NCBI GenBank assembly: GCA_031372565.1
Contig: JANMLN010000077.1
Coordinates: 1 to 52,539, forward strand
From: Gemmatimonadota bacterium
Lineage (GTDB): Bacteria; Gemmatimonadota; Gemmatimonadetes; Gemmatimonadales; Gemmatimonadaceae
DNA: 52,539 nt
Direction of reading: 5' to 3'
Made by a program: the position numbers and the translations under genes
Shown here: positions 19,880 to 30,176 of the stretch, one piece after another
Position numbering within the stretch: the first letter of the stretch is position 1
Layout: each line of letters opens with the position of its first letter
Notes under the pieces: model-generated
Databases searched by the model: none
The model's input: the letters and a program-made list of their open reading frames with translations, nothing else
Told to the model about the DNA's origin: nothing

Positions 19880-21463
19880 ATGACGTCTCCCGCCAACTCA
19901 CCGCCGCGCCCGATCGCCGCGCCACCCGTGGGCGGTCCACCGCGGTCGCCCGGCTACGACCTGCCGCACCGCGACAAGGTCGTGACCATGGCCGGGTCGT
20001 TGATCGGGCTCTTCCTAGCCGCACTGGACCAGACCGTGGTGGGCACGGCGGGGCCGGCGATCCAGCGGGATCTGCACATCGAACCCGCGCTCTATCCGTG
20101 GCTCACCACGGCCTACCTCGTCGCGACGACCGTGCTCGTACCGGTGTACGGCAAGTTGTCCGATCAGCTCGGCCGCAAGAGTGTGCTGCTGGCGGGGATC
20201 CTGCTCTTCCTGGGCGGGTCGATGCTCTGCGGTTTCGCCTACAGCACGTGGAGCCTGATCGCCTTCCGCGCGGTGCAGGGATTCGGCGCGGCGGCGCTCT
20301 ACACGAGTGCCTTCTCGGTGATTGCCGACCTGTATCCTCCGGCGGAGCGCGGCAGGTACCAGGGACTGTTCAGTGCCGTGTTCGGCGTGAGCAGTGTCGT
20401 TGGGCCGCTGCTGGGCGGCTTCATCACCGACCGGTTGAGCTGGCACTGGGTCTTCTTCGTCAATCTGCCCCTCGGCCTCCTCGCAATCGCGCTCATCTGG
20501 CGGCGCATGCCCAACATCACGCGGCGTGCCCCGGGCGATCCGCTCAGCGTTGACGTCCCGGGAGCGCTGCTGCTCATGGCGAGCATCGCGCCCTTCCTGG
20601 TTGCGCTCAGCTTCGGCCGGACGCACGTCGTACCGGGTGAAGCCGGCTTCCTCTGGTCGTCGCCGATCATCCTCGGCTTGTTCGCGCTCTCCGTGGTGTC
20701 GGGGGTGTTGTTCGTCAGGCAGGAGCGGCGCGCGAGGGAGCCGATCGTCGATTTCTCCCTGTTCGCCGACCCCACGTACGCGATCTGCAACGCGGGGTCG
20801 CTCATCCTCGGGTCGAGCTTTCTCGCGGGTCCGGTCTTCCTGCCGCTCTACCTCGTGAACGTGGTCGGCGTCAGCGCGACCAAGGCCGGCCTGGGCATGC
20901 TGCCGCTGACGTTCGGCATCGTCATCGGCGCTGCGGTGGGTGGGCGGCTCGGCGGAACCAGCGGGCGCTACAAGCCGATCCTCCTGGGCGCGCTCTGCGT
21001 CCTGCTGGCCGGTTTCCTGCTGATGGCGACCACGCTGTCGTCGGACAGCTCGCTCGCATCCGTCGCGGTGCGCATGGCGCTCGTGGGGCTCGGCATGGGC
21101 CCGACACTTCCGCTCTTCACGATGGCCATCCAGAACGCCGTGAGCATCCAGCAGATTGGCGTGGCCACCGCATCGGTCACCTTCGCGCGTGCCCTCGGGC
21201 AAGTGCTGGGCGTTGCGGTCATGGGATCGATTTTCGCCGGTGTGCTCGGGAGCGCTGCGGCCACGATCGGCGTCGAAGGCGGCATCTCCGCGGTCGGCGC
21301 ACTGGCCGCAACGCCCGCGGGTCGCGAGGCGATCACGCACGGCATCCGGTTGCTCTTCGGGTGTGGGCTGGTGATGGCCAGCATCGGTCTGGCGGTCTCG
21401 AGCCGGCTGCCCGACATCCGCCTCGCGAGCCGTTCGGCACCGCGACCCGTCGCGGCCGAGTAG
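19880..21463 (+). CDS. MDR/DHA2 family MFS efflux transporter
   Basis: LAALDQTVV, YGKLSDQLGRK, RAVQGFG, GPLLGGFITD..WHWVFFVNLP. Confidence 0.92.
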   Translation: MTSPANSPPRPIAAPPVGGPPRSPGYDLPHRDKVVTMAGSLIGLFLAALDQTVVGTAGPAIQRDLHIEPALYPWLTTAYLVATTVLVPVYGKLSDQLGRKSVLLAGILLFLGGSMLCGFAYSTWSLIAFRAVQGFGAAALYTSAFSVIADLYPPAERGRYQGLFSAVFGVSSVVGPLLGGFITDRLSWHWVFFVNLPLGLLAIALIWRRMPNITRRAPGDPLSVDVPGALLLMASIAPFLVALSFGRTHVVPGEAGFLWSSPIILGLFALSVVSGVLFVRQERRAREPIVDFSLFADPTYAICNAGSLILGSSFLAGPVFLPLYLVNVVGVSATKAGLGMLPLTFGIVIGAAVGGRLGGTSGRYKPILLGALCVLLAGFLLMATTLSSDSSLASVAVRMALVGLGMGPTLPLFTMAIQNAVSIQQIGVATASVTFARALGQVLGVAVMGSIFAGVLGSAAATIGVEGGISAVGALAATPAGREAITHGIRLLFGCGLVMASIGLAVSSRLPDIRLASRSAPRPVAAE

Positions 21464-21472
21464 GATCCGCCG

Positions 21473-22723
21473 ATGCGACGCCTCTGGAGCAACCTGACGT
21501 TCCGCGTGCTGCTCGCGGTGGCCATCGGCGTGGTCCTGGGCATCGCGGCGCCCGATACCGCCAAGGCGATGCGGCCGCTCGGCGACACGTTCATCAATCT
21601 GGTCCGGATGGTCATCGCGCCGGTGATCTTCCTGACCGTCGTGCTGGGCATCGCGCACATGCGCGACCTGAAGAAGGTCGGGCGCGTCGGCGGCAAGGCC
21701 TTCGTCTACTTCGAGGTCGTGACAACGGTCGCACTCGCGATCGGGTTGGTGATCGTGAATGTCACCAAGCCCGGCGCCGGCATCGACAAGACGGCGCTCG
21801 CCGGCGGCGACATCAGCAAGTACACGCAGGCGGGGCAGCAGCTCTCGATCGTCGAGTTCTTCACGCACATCGTGCCGTCGAGTGTCGTCGATGCGTTCGC
21901 CAAGGGTGACATCCTGCAGGTGGTGTTCTTTGCCGTGCTCTTTGGCGCGGCGGTCGCCACCATGGGTGACGCCGCCGACACGCTGGTCCGGCTGCTCGAC
22001 CAGCTGCTGCACGCGATGTTCAAGATCGTCGGCTTCATCATGGTCGTCGCCCCCATCGGCGCGTTCGGCGCCATGGCCTACACGGTCGGCAACTTCGGCC
22101 TCAAGACGCTGTTGCCACTCGGACGGTTGATGGTCGACGTGTATGCGACGATGGCCGTGTTCGTCTTCGTGGTGCTCGGCTTGATCGCCCGTGTGAGCGG
22201 CTTTTCGCTCTGGAAGTTGCTCGTGCACATCAAGGACGAGATCCTGCTGGTGCTCGGCACCTCGAGCTCGGAAGCGGCGTTGCCTCGCCTGATGGAGAAG
22301 CTGGAGAAGGCCGGCTGCTCCCGCTCGGTGGTCGGCCTCGTGGTGCCGGCCGGGTACTCGTTCAACCTCGACGGCACGAGCATCTACCTGTCGATGGCGG
22401 TGATCTTCCTGGCACAGGCCTTCGGCGTCGATCTGCCCATTCGCGAGCAGCTGTTCGTGCTCGGCGTCCTCATGATCACGAGCAAGGGGGCGGCAGGGGT
22501 GACCGGCTCGGGCTTCATCGTGCTGGCGAGCACGCTGGCGTCACTCAAGGTCGTGCCGCTCGAAGGGCTCGCACTGTTGCTTGGCGTCGACCGGTTCATG
22601 AGCGAGGCGCGCGCGATCACCAACCTCATCGGCAATGCCGTGGCCACGGTCGTGCTGTCGCGCCACGAGAACGCGTATGATGCCGAGGCCATGCGCGTGA
22701 TCGGCGGGCGTGCACGCAATTAG
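21473..22723 (+). CDS. dctA: C4-dicarboxylate / amino acid:cation symporter
   Basis: [50 protein letters not shown]. Confidence 0.9.
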   Translation: MRRLWSNLTFRVLLAVAIGVVLGIAAPDTAKAMRPLGDTFINLVRMVIAPVIFLTVVLGIAHMRDLKKVGRVGGKAFVYFEVVTTVALAIGLVIVNVTKPGAGIDKTALAGGDISKYTQAGQQLSIVEFFTHIVPSSVVDAFAKGDILQVVFFAVLFGAAVATMGDAADTLVRLLDQLLHAMFKIVGFIMVVAPIGAFGAMAYTVGNFGLKTLLPLGRLMVDVYATMAVFVFVVLGLIARVSGFSLWKLLVHIKDEILLVLGTSSSEAALPRLMEKLEKAGCSRSVVGLVVPAGYSFNLDGTSIYLSMAVIFLAQAFGVDLPIREQLFVLGVLMITSKGAAGVTGSGFIVLASTLASLKVVPLEGLALLLGVDRFMSEARAITNLIGNAVATVVLSRHENAYDAEAMRVIGGRARN

Positions 22724-22736
22724 TAACGTATAGCTA

Positions 22737-24002
22737 CTAACTAGCCACCGGGCGCTGGCTCCGGCGGACGATCGCCGGCGCTGCGTCCCCTGCGCGCAAC
22801 GTCAGCAGTGCCACTTCCGGCGGCGTGCCGAGGCGGAACGGGATTCCCCACCACGTCGTGCCGGGGTGGATGTACAGCAGCGATCCGTCGCGCACGTGCG
22901 ACCCCATCGCGTGCTCGAGAAATGGGCTCGCGAGGCACCACTCGAGGGCCGGAATCGCGAACTGTCCCCAGTGCGTGTGTCCCGAGAGCGTCAAGTGCAC
23001 GCGCTCGGCGGCCAGCGCCGGCCAGAGCACCGGGTTGTGCGCGAGCGCGAGCACGAACGCGGCCTCTGGAATCCCCGCAACCGTGGCCGGAATGTCCGGC
23101 GCACCACGCAACGAGCCCGCCCCGCGTCCTGCCGCGGGATCACCCGTGCCGGCCACCACAAACCGCGCCCCGGCGTGCTCGACGATCACGTGTTCGTTCA
23201 CCAGCACGCGCACCGGCAATGCGTCGAGCCGCGCGCGCACCTTCGGCCAGTTGGCGTAGATGTCGTGGTTGCCCGCAATGACGAAGACGCCGAGTGGTGC
23301 CGTCATGCCGCCCAGGCCGCGCGCAAAGTGCGTCACGTCTTCGTCGAAGTCGTCCACGAGGTCGCCCGTGACGGCAATCAGGTGCGGATCGGCGGTGTGC
23401 ACGGCGCGCGCGATGCTGGCAAGCCACGCGGCGCGTGTGTGGGGGCCCACGTGGACGTCGGATACCTGCACGATGCGGAGTCCATCGAGCGCCGCTGGCA
23501 GGTCAGGATGGTGGACATCGAGCTCCGTCACGACCAGCTGTCGGGAGCCCCAGTAGCCCGCGACCATGGCCACCAGGTACACGGCGGACGCCAACGCCAT
23601 CGCTACACGGCCCCAGTCGCCCGGCGTCTGCCACCCCAACCCGGCCAGCGCGCCGACCACGCCGAGGCTTGCCCCCGCGAGTCCCGCGAGCATCGCCAGC
23701 AAGAGCCAGAAGTGCGAGTACCACAGGAACCGGAACACGGTCAGCCGGAACAGCTTGCCCGGATAGATGCCCCGGGCGCGCGACACCATGAACGAGACGA
23801 GCGGCAGCACGGTGACGCCGAATGCCGCGCCCGCGACCGCGAGCCATCCGTTGGGGACCGCGGGGGCAACGAACAGGCCCACGACGCCCCAGCTGACCGC
23901 CAGCAGGGAGCAAAGGAGCGTGAGGAAGGCGAGGAGCCCGGGCGGTCGGCGCGCGGCGCCGCGCGTGCCAGCCGGCGGAAAGTCGGAAACGGGAGAGGGC
24001 AT
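22737..24002 (-). CDS. Membrane-anchored metallophosphoesterase (YkuE-like)
   Basis: N-terminal TM helices; SDVH, GDLVD, GNHD, LAHNP, SGHTH; start uncertain. Confidence 0.88.
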   Translation of the reverse strand: MPSPVSDFPPAGTRGAARRPPGLLAFLTLLCSLLAVSWGVVGLFVAPAVPNGWLAVAGAAFGVTVLPLVSFMVSRARGIYPGKLFRLTVFRFLWYSHFWLLLAMLAGLAGASLGVVGALAGLGWQTPGDWGRVAMALASAVYLVAMVAGYWGSRQLVVTELDVHHPDLPAALDGLRIVQVSDVHVGPHTRAAWLASIARAVHTADPHLIAVTGDLVDDFDEDVTHFARGLGGMTAPLGVFVIAGNHDIYANWPKVRARLDALPVRVLVNEHVIVEHAGARFVVAGTGDPAAGRGAGSLRGAPDIPATVAGIPEAAFVLALAHNPVLWPALAAERVHLTLSGHTHWGQFAIPALEWCLASPFLEHAMGSHVRDGSLLYIHPGTTWWGIPFRLGTPPEVALLTLRAGDAAPAIVRRSQRPVAS

Positions 24003-24066
24003 CGAGGGGGCCTCACTCGATCCTAACGGAGGGGCACGCATGTCGGACGCTGCGCGCACCAACGCA

Positions 24067-24102
24067 CAACGCCGCCTGAGCGGGCAGGCTCAGGCGGCGT
24101 TG
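24067..24102 (-). terminator. Stem-loop downstream of fasciclin gene
   Basis: CAACGCCGCCTGAGC-6 nt-GCTCAGGCGGCGTTG, perfect 15-bp stem 40 bp past the stop. Confidence 0.7.
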
Positions 24103-24142
24103 GTGCCAGCTGGAGAGCTGGAGAACAGCGTGGTGCGTGTGC

Positions 24143-24634
24143 TTACTTCTTGGTCGGCGGCATGATGACCGCGTCGATCACGTGGATGACGCCGTTCGAC
24201 GTGACGATGTCCGTCTTGACGATGTTCGCCTTGTCGATCGTGAGCCCCTTGCCAGCGGCGGCCACGGTGGCCTCGCCGCCCTGAACCGTCTTGACCTTGC
24301 CCGGCTTCACGTCGGCGGCCATCGCCTTGCCGGCGACCACGTGGTACGTGAGGATGGCGACGAGCTGGGCCTTGTTCTCCGGCTTGAGGAGGTTCTCGAC
24401 CGTGCCGGCCGGAAGCTTCTTGAACGCGTCATCGGTCGGGGCGAAGACGGTGTACGGGCCCTTGCCCTTGAGCGTCTCGATCAGGCCGGCGGCCTTGAGG
24501 GCAGCGGCGAGCGTGTTGAACGAGCCAGCAGCAACCGCCGTCTCGACGATGTCCTTGGCCTGCGCCGCGACAACCGTCGGGGCGAGCGGAGCGACGAACG
24601 TGGTGGCGGCGAGCGCGAAAGCAAACAACTTCAT
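24143..24634 (-). CDS. Fasciclin (FAS1) domain protein, secreted
   Basis: Signal peptide; [27 protein letters not shown]. Confidence 0.93.
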   Translation of the reverse strand: MKLFAFALAATTFVAPLAPTVVAAQAKDIVETAVAAGSFNTLAAALKAAGLIETLKGKGPYTVFAPTDDAFKKLPAGTVENLLKPENKAQLVAILTYHVVAGKAMAADVKPGKVKTVQGGEATVAAAGKGLTIDKANIVKTDIVTSNGVIHVIDAVIMPPTKK

Positions 24635-24700
24635 TGTGGTAGTCCTTGCCCGGTCGGGCGAACTGGTGAGTACGAGCGACGAGTACCGTCGCGGGGAGTG

Positions 24701-24741
24701 AACTCGCGAGGCATCCGTCCGGTTCCAAGAATTTTTGGAAC
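24701..24741 (-). promoter_or_regulatory. Putative ECF promoter GGAACC-N16-AGTT overlapped by a GTTCCAA-N6-TTGGAAC palindrome
   Basis: Same spacing as the motifs upstream of osmC and msrP; palindrome at 24722-24741. Confidence 0.45.
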
Positions 24742-24913
24742 GATCCGGAGGCGCCTCACGAGGCCGTGACCTGCGGCCGATGACCGTCATCCTCCCGGCC
24801 CTCGGCCTCGCTGGAGCCTTCGCATCGTCCGGCATTCTGGATGCACCGCGGGCATACGGCCCCACGCCCCCCCCGAACCCGCTCGCGGGCGGTCATCGCT
24901 AGCATTCACCACC

Positions 24914-25549
24914 GTGACCGCCGCCACACGCTCTCCCGCTCAGCGGAACGCTGCCGCCGTCCGCTTCCTCAAGCGAGTCGATCCCACGCTCGGCGACTGG
25001 ATCGCTCGGGTCGGCCCGTGCTCGCTCGAGGCTGATGCCAACGGGACGCACTTCGATCACCTCGTCAGCTCCGTCATCTATCAGCAGCTCTCGGGAAAGG
25101 CGGCCTCCACGATCCACGACCGCTATCGCGCCCTGTTCGGTCGAGGGGGGCACGAGCCGGAGCGACTGCTCGCGCTCACCGACGAGCAACTCCGCGCCGC
25201 GGGCCTCTCGCGCGCCAAGGCGGCCTCGATCCGCGACCTCGCCACGCGCATTGTCGAGGGCCAGCTGCCGCTCCACGCGCTCGATCGCATGGCCGACGAG
25301 GAGGTGGTCACCTACCTGAGCGCAGTTCGTGGCATCGGCCGCTGGACGGCCCAGATGGTCCTCATGTTCCGGCTTGGCCGCCCCGACGTGGTCGCCGAAC
25401 GTGATCTCGGCATCCAGAAGGGGATCCGGAAGATCTATGGGCTGCGTACGCTTCCAAAGCCGGAGCGCGTACTCAAGATTTCAGCTGCGTGGGCTCCCCA
25501 CCGCACCATCGCCAGCTGGTACTGCTGGCGCGTTCTCGAACTGGACTGA
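24914..25549 (+). CDS. alkA: DNA-3-methyladenine glycosylase II (HhH-GPD)
   Basis: IYQQLSGKAA, GLSRAK, VRGIGRWTAQM, RPDV..DLG, WAPHRTIASWY. Confidence 0.88.
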   Translation: MTAATRSPAQRNAAAVRFLKRVDPTLGDWIARVGPCSLEADANGTHFDHLVSSVIYQQLSGKAASTIHDRYRALFGRGGHEPERLLALTDEQLRAAGLSRAKAASIRDLATRIVEGQLPLHALDRMADEEVVTYLSAVRGIGRWTAQMVLMFRLGRPDVVAERDLGIQKGIRKIYGLRTLPKPERVLKISAAWAPHRTIASWYCWRVLELD

Positions 25550-25550
25550 C

Positions 25551-26123
25551 GTGACGGCCGATTGGGCGCTCGAAGGGCATGTGCATCGTGGCTGCGGCGG
25601 GCGCTACGCCCGTCGTGCGGAGCACATCACGATCAAGGTGAGCGGGATGGCCGCGACCGTCGAACGGTCGCTCTTCCGCTGCGACAGCTGCGGCGACGAT
25701 CAGTACACCGTGGAGCAGCGCGAAGCCGCTGAACAGGCGGCCGTGGAGTCGATTCGTGGCTACTACGAGCTGCTCACGCCCAAGGAGATCCGCCGCTTCC
25801 GTGAGTCGACGCTGCTCACGCCGGAGCAGTTCGGGCAGTTGCTGTGGGGCACCCCGCGTGGTGTCGTGGAAGGGTGGGAGAAGGCGCGCTACGTCCAGAA
25901 CAAGCAGGCGGACGAGTTGATTCGCTCGCTGTTCGACCCGGAGGTGCTCAAGCTCCGTGCGTCCAAGGCCGGCGTCGTGCTCCCGCCGAAGCCCGATGAC
26001 CTGCAGATGGCGCTGGCGGGAGTGGTCGCGGACCCGTTCGCGCCCAGGCCCGAGCCGGTGGTCGATGCGGCGCACGCGCCTGAGGCCCCGATTGAGCGTG
26101 CGGACGCGCCAACGGAACCGTAG
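25551..26123 (+). CDS. MqsA-like Zn-ribbon + XRE HTH protein (orphan antitoxin-like regulator)
   Basis: HRGC...CDSC Zn ligands, LLTPKEIRRFR, ..GWEK..VQ..QAD.LIR pattern typical of MqsA; GTG 1 nt after alkA stop. Confidence 0.75.
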   Translation: MTADWALEGHVHRGCGGRYARRAEHITIKVSGMAATVERSLFRCDSCGDDQYTVEQREAAEQAAVESIRGYYELLTPKEIRRFRESTLLTPEQFGQLLWGTPRGVVEGWEKARYVQNKQADELIRSLFDPEVLKLRASKAGVVLPPKPDDLQMALAGVVADPFAPRPEPVVDAAHAPEAPIERADAPTEP

Positions 26124-26159
26124 GCGGTCCCGCTCGCTTGGTCCCACAGGTCCCATGCG

Positions 26160-27524
26160 ATGCCACTCTTTGTCAAACGCTCCCACTTCGCTCTCGACCG
26201 CGAGCAGCTGTTCGCGTGGCACGAGCGCGCCGGTGCCTTCGAACGGCTGAGCCCGCCGTGGGCGCCGGCGGTGGTGCTCGAGCGGCACGGCACGATCCAC
26301 GACGGCGACACGATCACCCTGCGTGCGCAGGCGGGCCCGATCGGGACGACGTGGCGGATGCGACACGAGGGCTTCGTCGCGGGGAGGCAGTTTCGCGACG
26401 TGATGCAGCGCGGCCCGTTTGCGCGCTGGGCCCACACGCACCGCGTCGACGATGCGCCGGATGGCGGGAGCATCCTGCACGACGAAGTGGACTGGGAACT
26501 CCCGTTCGCCCCGTTCGGCCGCTGGATAGCCGGTCGCTTCGCGACGGCCGAGCTGGCGCGCGTCTTTCGCTACAGGCACGCCCTCATGACCAATGACCTC
26601 GCGCGTCACGCGCTGCTCGGATCGCGCCCGCTGACCATCGCGGTCACGGGCGCGAGCGGCATGATCGGCACGGCACTCACCCACCTGCTCACCACGGGCG
26701 GACACACGGTGCGCGCGATTGGGCGCCGGGTGCACGCGCCAGGCGACATCGCGTGGGACCCGGCCCGCGGCGTGCTCGATCCGCGCGCGCTCGAGGGGGT
26801 CGATGCGGTCGTGCATCTGGCGGGGGCGTCGGTGGCCGACCGATGGACGCCTGAGCATCAGCGGGCCATTCGCGACAGTCGGGTGCAGGGCACAACACTG
26901 CTGGCGCGCACCCTCGCCCAGCTCGAGCGCAAGCCGGCCGTGCTCGTCAGCACCAGCGCGATCGGCATCTACGGCGACCGCGGCGACGCATGGCTCGACG
27001 AGACCAGCACCCCCGGTGTGGGCTTCCTCGCCGACGTTGCGCGCGTCTGGGAATCGAGCGCCGATCCCGCGATCGCGGCAGGCATTCGCGTGGTGCATCC
27101 GCGCATCGGTCTCGTGCTCACGCCACTCGGCGGGCTCCTGGGCAAGCTGCTCCCCATCTTCCGGCTCGGTGGCGGTGGCAAGATCGGTGCAGGCACGCAC
27201 TGGCAGAGCTGGATCACCATCGACGATGTGCTGGGTGCCATCTGCCTCGCGATCGGGACGCGCGACCTGCATGGCGCGGTGAATGTGGTGGCGCCGAATC
27301 CGGTCACGAACGCGGAGTTCACCGACACGCTGGCTCGGGTGCTTGCGCGTCCCGCCTTCATGACCGTGCCGGCGTTCGCCCTTCGATTCGCCTTCGGCGA
27401 CACGATGACCCGCGAGGTCTTTCTGGCCAGCCAGCGTGTGCGCCCCGCCGCGCTCACCGCCGCGGGATTCCGGTTCGATCACACGGAGCTTGAACCGGCG
27501 CTCCGGTATCTGCTCGGGCGCTAG
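26160..27524 (+). CDS. SRPBCC domain fused to TIGR01777 (YfcH-like) NAD-dependent epimerase
   Basis: FAWHERAGAFERL, GPFARWAHTH; TGASGMIG, HLAG, SRVQGT, SAIGIYG, SQRVRP. Confidence 0.9.
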   Translation: MPLFVKRSHFALDREQLFAWHERAGAFERLSPPWAPAVVLERHGTIHDGDTITLRAQAGPIGTTWRMRHEGFVAGRQFRDVMQRGPFARWAHTHRVDDAPDGGSILHDEVDWELPFAPFGRWIAGRFATAELARVFRYRHALMTNDLARHALLGSRPLTIAVTGASGMIGTALTHLLTTGGHTVRAIGRRVHAPGDIAWDPARGVLDPRALEGVDAVVHLAGASVADRWTPEHQRAIRDSRVQGTTLLARTLAQLERKPAVLVSTSAIGIYGDRGDAWLDETSTPGVGFLADVARVWESSADPAIAAGIRVVHPRIGLVLTPLGGLLGKLLPIFRLGGGGKIGAGTHWQSWITIDDVLGAICLAIGTRDLHGAVNVVAPNPVTNAEFTDTLARVLARPAFMTVPAFALRFAFGDTMTREVFLASQRVRPAALTAAGFRFDHTELEPALRYLLGR

Positions 27525-27700
27525 ATCGGGAACAAGGGAACCCTCGGTCGGTGGTTATGGTAGCCAGAGGCGACGCACGCGCCTCTGGGTCGCGTCTCGG
27601 TGCAGAACCGGCGCACCATGGGCGCTATCTTTCGCCTGCGCGCGCTGTGCGAGTATTCGCGTTGAGCGCCGGCCTTACTCTTGGTTCTGGAGCCCGTCCG

Positions 27701-28204
27701 ATGATCGCCCGGATCGCTGGTGCCGTCGTGGTTACCCTCGTCTTGTCCGGCGCACCTGTGCTGGTGCGGGCGCAGCAGCCGCGCCCCTCGCAGGCGCAGG
27801 TTGAGCGCATGAGTGGTCCGATGATCGGGCTGCGCGGATCGTACGACATCGACAATCGCCTCACCGGTTTCGGGGCGCAGGCCCGCTTTCCGATCGACTG
27901 GAACCTCCAGGTGGCGCCGAGCATCGACGCCTATGCCAGGTCAGGCTCGACGACCGTCCAGGGGAACTTCGATCTGATCGCCACCGGGCGCGGCGGCTGG
28001 TTCTACGTGGGTGGCGGGCTCGCCGTCATCAAGCCGTCATCCGGCGATGCACAGTTCGGGGCCAACATCTACCCGGGCATCGACCTGCCCGCCTTGCTCG
28101 ACACGCCGGTGCGCCCGTTCGTGGAAGCGCGCTGGACCTTCTGGAACGGCAATGCGCCGCTCCGCGTGGTGTTCGGTCTCAACTATCCCTTCGGCCAGCG
28201 ATGA
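27701..28204 (+). CDS. Small outer-membrane beta-barrel protein
   Basis: Signal peptide, alternating beta-strand pattern, FYVGGGL, PFVEARW, terminal GLNYPF. Confidence 0.7.
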   Translation: MIARIAGAVVVTLVLSGAPVLVRAQQPRPSQAQVERMSGPMIGLRGSYDIDNRLTGFGAQARFPIDWNLQVAPSIDAYARSGSTTVQGNFDLIATGRGGWFYVGGGLAVIKPSSGDAQFGANIYPGIDLPALLDTPVRPFVEARWTFWNGNAPLRVVFGLNYPFGQR

Positions 28205-28222
28205 GCCAACCATGATCCAGCC

Positions 28223-28852
28223 ATGAGCCACCGACCGAAGCGTGCGCGCGTCCACGCCGCTCCCGCGCCGGAGGCACCGGTACACGCGGGGCGCGTCTGG
28301 CTGCTGAGCGCCGCCACGCTGCTGTTGGTGTGGCTCGCCGGGTGTGGCGGCGAGAAAGGGCGCACCCCGGATCAGGCGGCCGCGTCCAGCACAGGCGCCG
28401 TTGCAACCCCCGCTGGCACCACGCCGCCGGTCGCAGTCGGTGACGCCGCATCGCCCCCCAACCTCCCCGGCGGCCCCTGTTACCTGCGCGAGGTCTGGGA
28501 TGAGTGCGGCCTGATCAAGCGCCTCGAGAACACGGGCTACGTGCCAAAGGTCGACGGGCGCGAGGCCGGGGCACTGGGCACGGTCTTCCATGCTCCGTAC
28601 GTCAAGCTCACGCTCGGGCGTGGCACGCTCCACGCCTTCATCTACCCCACGGCGGCGGCGGCCACGGCCGATCTCGCCAAGGCCGACACGGTCGGGCAGT
28701 CCGTCTGCCCGCCCGCCCGCACGGCCCGGTACGGCGGCTCCCTGCTCCACTCGGCCAACCTGATCGCCTTCCTCGAGGCCGACAACGAGAACACCTGCGT
28801 ACGGATCGGTGACCTTGTGACGGCCGGATTGCCGAAGCTGGAGCGCCGGTAG
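28223..28852 (+). CDS. Hypothetical lipoprotein
   Basis: Lipobox LAGC, Ala/Pro linker, high-GC codon usage. Confidence 0.65.
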   Translation: MSHRPKRARVHAAPAPEAPVHAGRVWLLSAATLLLVWLAGCGGEKGRTPDQAAASSTGAVATPAGTTPPVAVGDAASPPNLPGGPCYLREVWDECGLIKRLENTGYVPKVDGREAGALGTVFHAPYVKLTLGRGTLHAFIYPTAAAATADLAKADTVGQSVCPPARTARYGGSLLHSANLIAFLEADNENTCVRIGDLVTAGLPKLERR

Positions 28853-28914
28853 CACCGCATTAGGGTCCCGTAATGGTCGTGGCGCGCCGCCTGCGCACGC
28901 GACTAGCATGCTTC

Positions 28915-29424
28915 ATGCCTCTTGTCCCGCTCGACAAGCTCCCCAGCGATGCCAGAACCTGGGTGTTCGGTGCCACTCCTGCGCTTGACGAGGCCGCCTC
29001 GGCTCGTCTGCTCAAGGACGTCGACAAGCATCTCGCGGCTTGGAAGGCGCACGGGTCGCCGCTGACGGTCGGGCGTGCGCTTCTTGAGGGACGCTTCCTC
29101 ATCGTGGCCGTGGACCAGTCGACCGCGGGGGCGAGCGGCTGCTCGATCGACGGACTGTTCCGGATGCTGCAGCTCGCCGAGGCCGGCTACGGCGTCAGCC
29201 TCGTGGCGGGCGGGCGCGTCTTCTGGCGTGATCGGCAGGGCACGGTGCAGGGCGGCTCACGGGACGACTTCCGCGAAGCGGCAGCGATGGGGACCCTGAC
29301 GCGGGATTCGTCGGTGTTCGATACGACGGTCTCCACGCTCGGATCGCTCCGACAGGAGTTCGAACGGCCAGCCGCGCGCAGCTGGCACGCGCAGCTGTTG
29401 CAGAACGCGATCGTGGGTCGCTAG
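28915..29424 (+). CDS. Conserved hypothetical protein (W.AHG / SGCSID motifs)
   Basis: LP.DAR.WVF, WKAHG, ASGCSID, V.T...F..PA..SW pattern of a widespread uncharacterised family. Confidence 0.75.
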   Translation: MPLVPLDKLPSDARTWVFGATPALDEAASARLLKDVDKHLAAWKAHGSPLTVGRALLEGRFLIVAVDQSTAGASGCSIDGLFRMLQLAEAGYGVSLVAGGRVFWRDRQGTVQGGSRDDFREAAAMGTLTRDSSVFDTTVSTLGSLRQEFERPAARSWHAQLLQNAIVGR

Positions 29425-29429
29425 CGCGT

Positions 29430-30176
29430 TCAGCTCTTTCGCTGGGCGAGCACCACGATCCGCTCGCGCGACGACACCACCACGCCACCCGGCTGCTCCA
29501 CCGTCACCGCGAACATGACCGCGCGCCCGACGCGCAGCCGCGCCGCGATCGGCACCAGCACGTCGCCGCCGCCAGCTGGCACATTGAACACGCCACCGTC
29601 CACCGGATACTTCTCGTTCCGGTCCCGGTCGAAGATCCACAGCTGGTACTGCCACCGCGTCGGATCGTTGGCCTCGAGCCCGGCGAATCGCATCACGCCG
29701 CGTTGAGCGGCGTCGCTCCACACGACATCACCCGTGGCACCCCGCGCCGCCACATCGTTCGTGGCCGTCCACGCCAGACGCACGGCCACGCTGTCACGCT
29801 GCAGCACCTCGGCACGCAGTTCGCCCGCGGCCAGCGTGCGCGTGGTCGGCGCGGGGGTACGCGACGACACCAGCATCGCGATCCCGGCCGCTGCGGCCAC
29901 CATCCAGCCACCCCACGAGCGGTAGCGCGCGAGGTCGACCACCTCGTCGCGCGCATGGCCCGGCCGACGGACGGGCACGTCAACGCGCTCGACCGGCGCC
30001 GCTGCGGCACGCACGATCACCTCGCCCTTCGCGATCACTCGCGCGGCGAGCGCTGACGGCATCGCGTCCTCGGCGGTCAGCGCGCGCACCATCGCCGCCG
30101 TCAACTCGGCTTCGGCCTCGACGTCGCGCTGGCGGTCCACGGAGGCACTCGCGTCCTCCTCGCTTCCGTGCTTCAC
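29430..30176 (-). CDS. Anti-sigma factor, RskA-like
   Basis: Single TM (WGGWMVAAAAGIA), QYQLWIFD, PVDGGVF, FAVTVEQPGG; GTGA overlap with sigma stop. Confidence 0.85.
   Translation of the reverse strand: MKHGSEEDASASVDRQRDVEAEAELTAAMVRALTAEDAMPSALAARVIAKGEVIVRAAAAPVERVDVPVRRPGHARDEVVDLARYRSWGGWMVAAAAGIAMLVSSRTPAPTTRTLAAGELRAEVLQRDSVAVRLAWTATNDVAARGATGDVVWSDAAQRGVMRFAGLEANDPTRWQYQLWIFDRDRNEKYPVDGGVFNVPAGGGDVLVPIAARLRVGRAVMFAVTVEQPGGVVVSSRERIVVLAQRKS

Noticed and set aside
24914..26160. Complete MqsRA toxin-antitoxin pair
   Set aside because: No room or ORF for a toxin on either side of the MqsA-like gene
3432..27482. Long antisense ORFs (3432-5534, 9894-12017, 20015-22228, 25473-27482 and others)
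   Set aside because: They overlap well-supported genes on the opposite strand, are Arg/Ala/Gly-rich and carry no motifs
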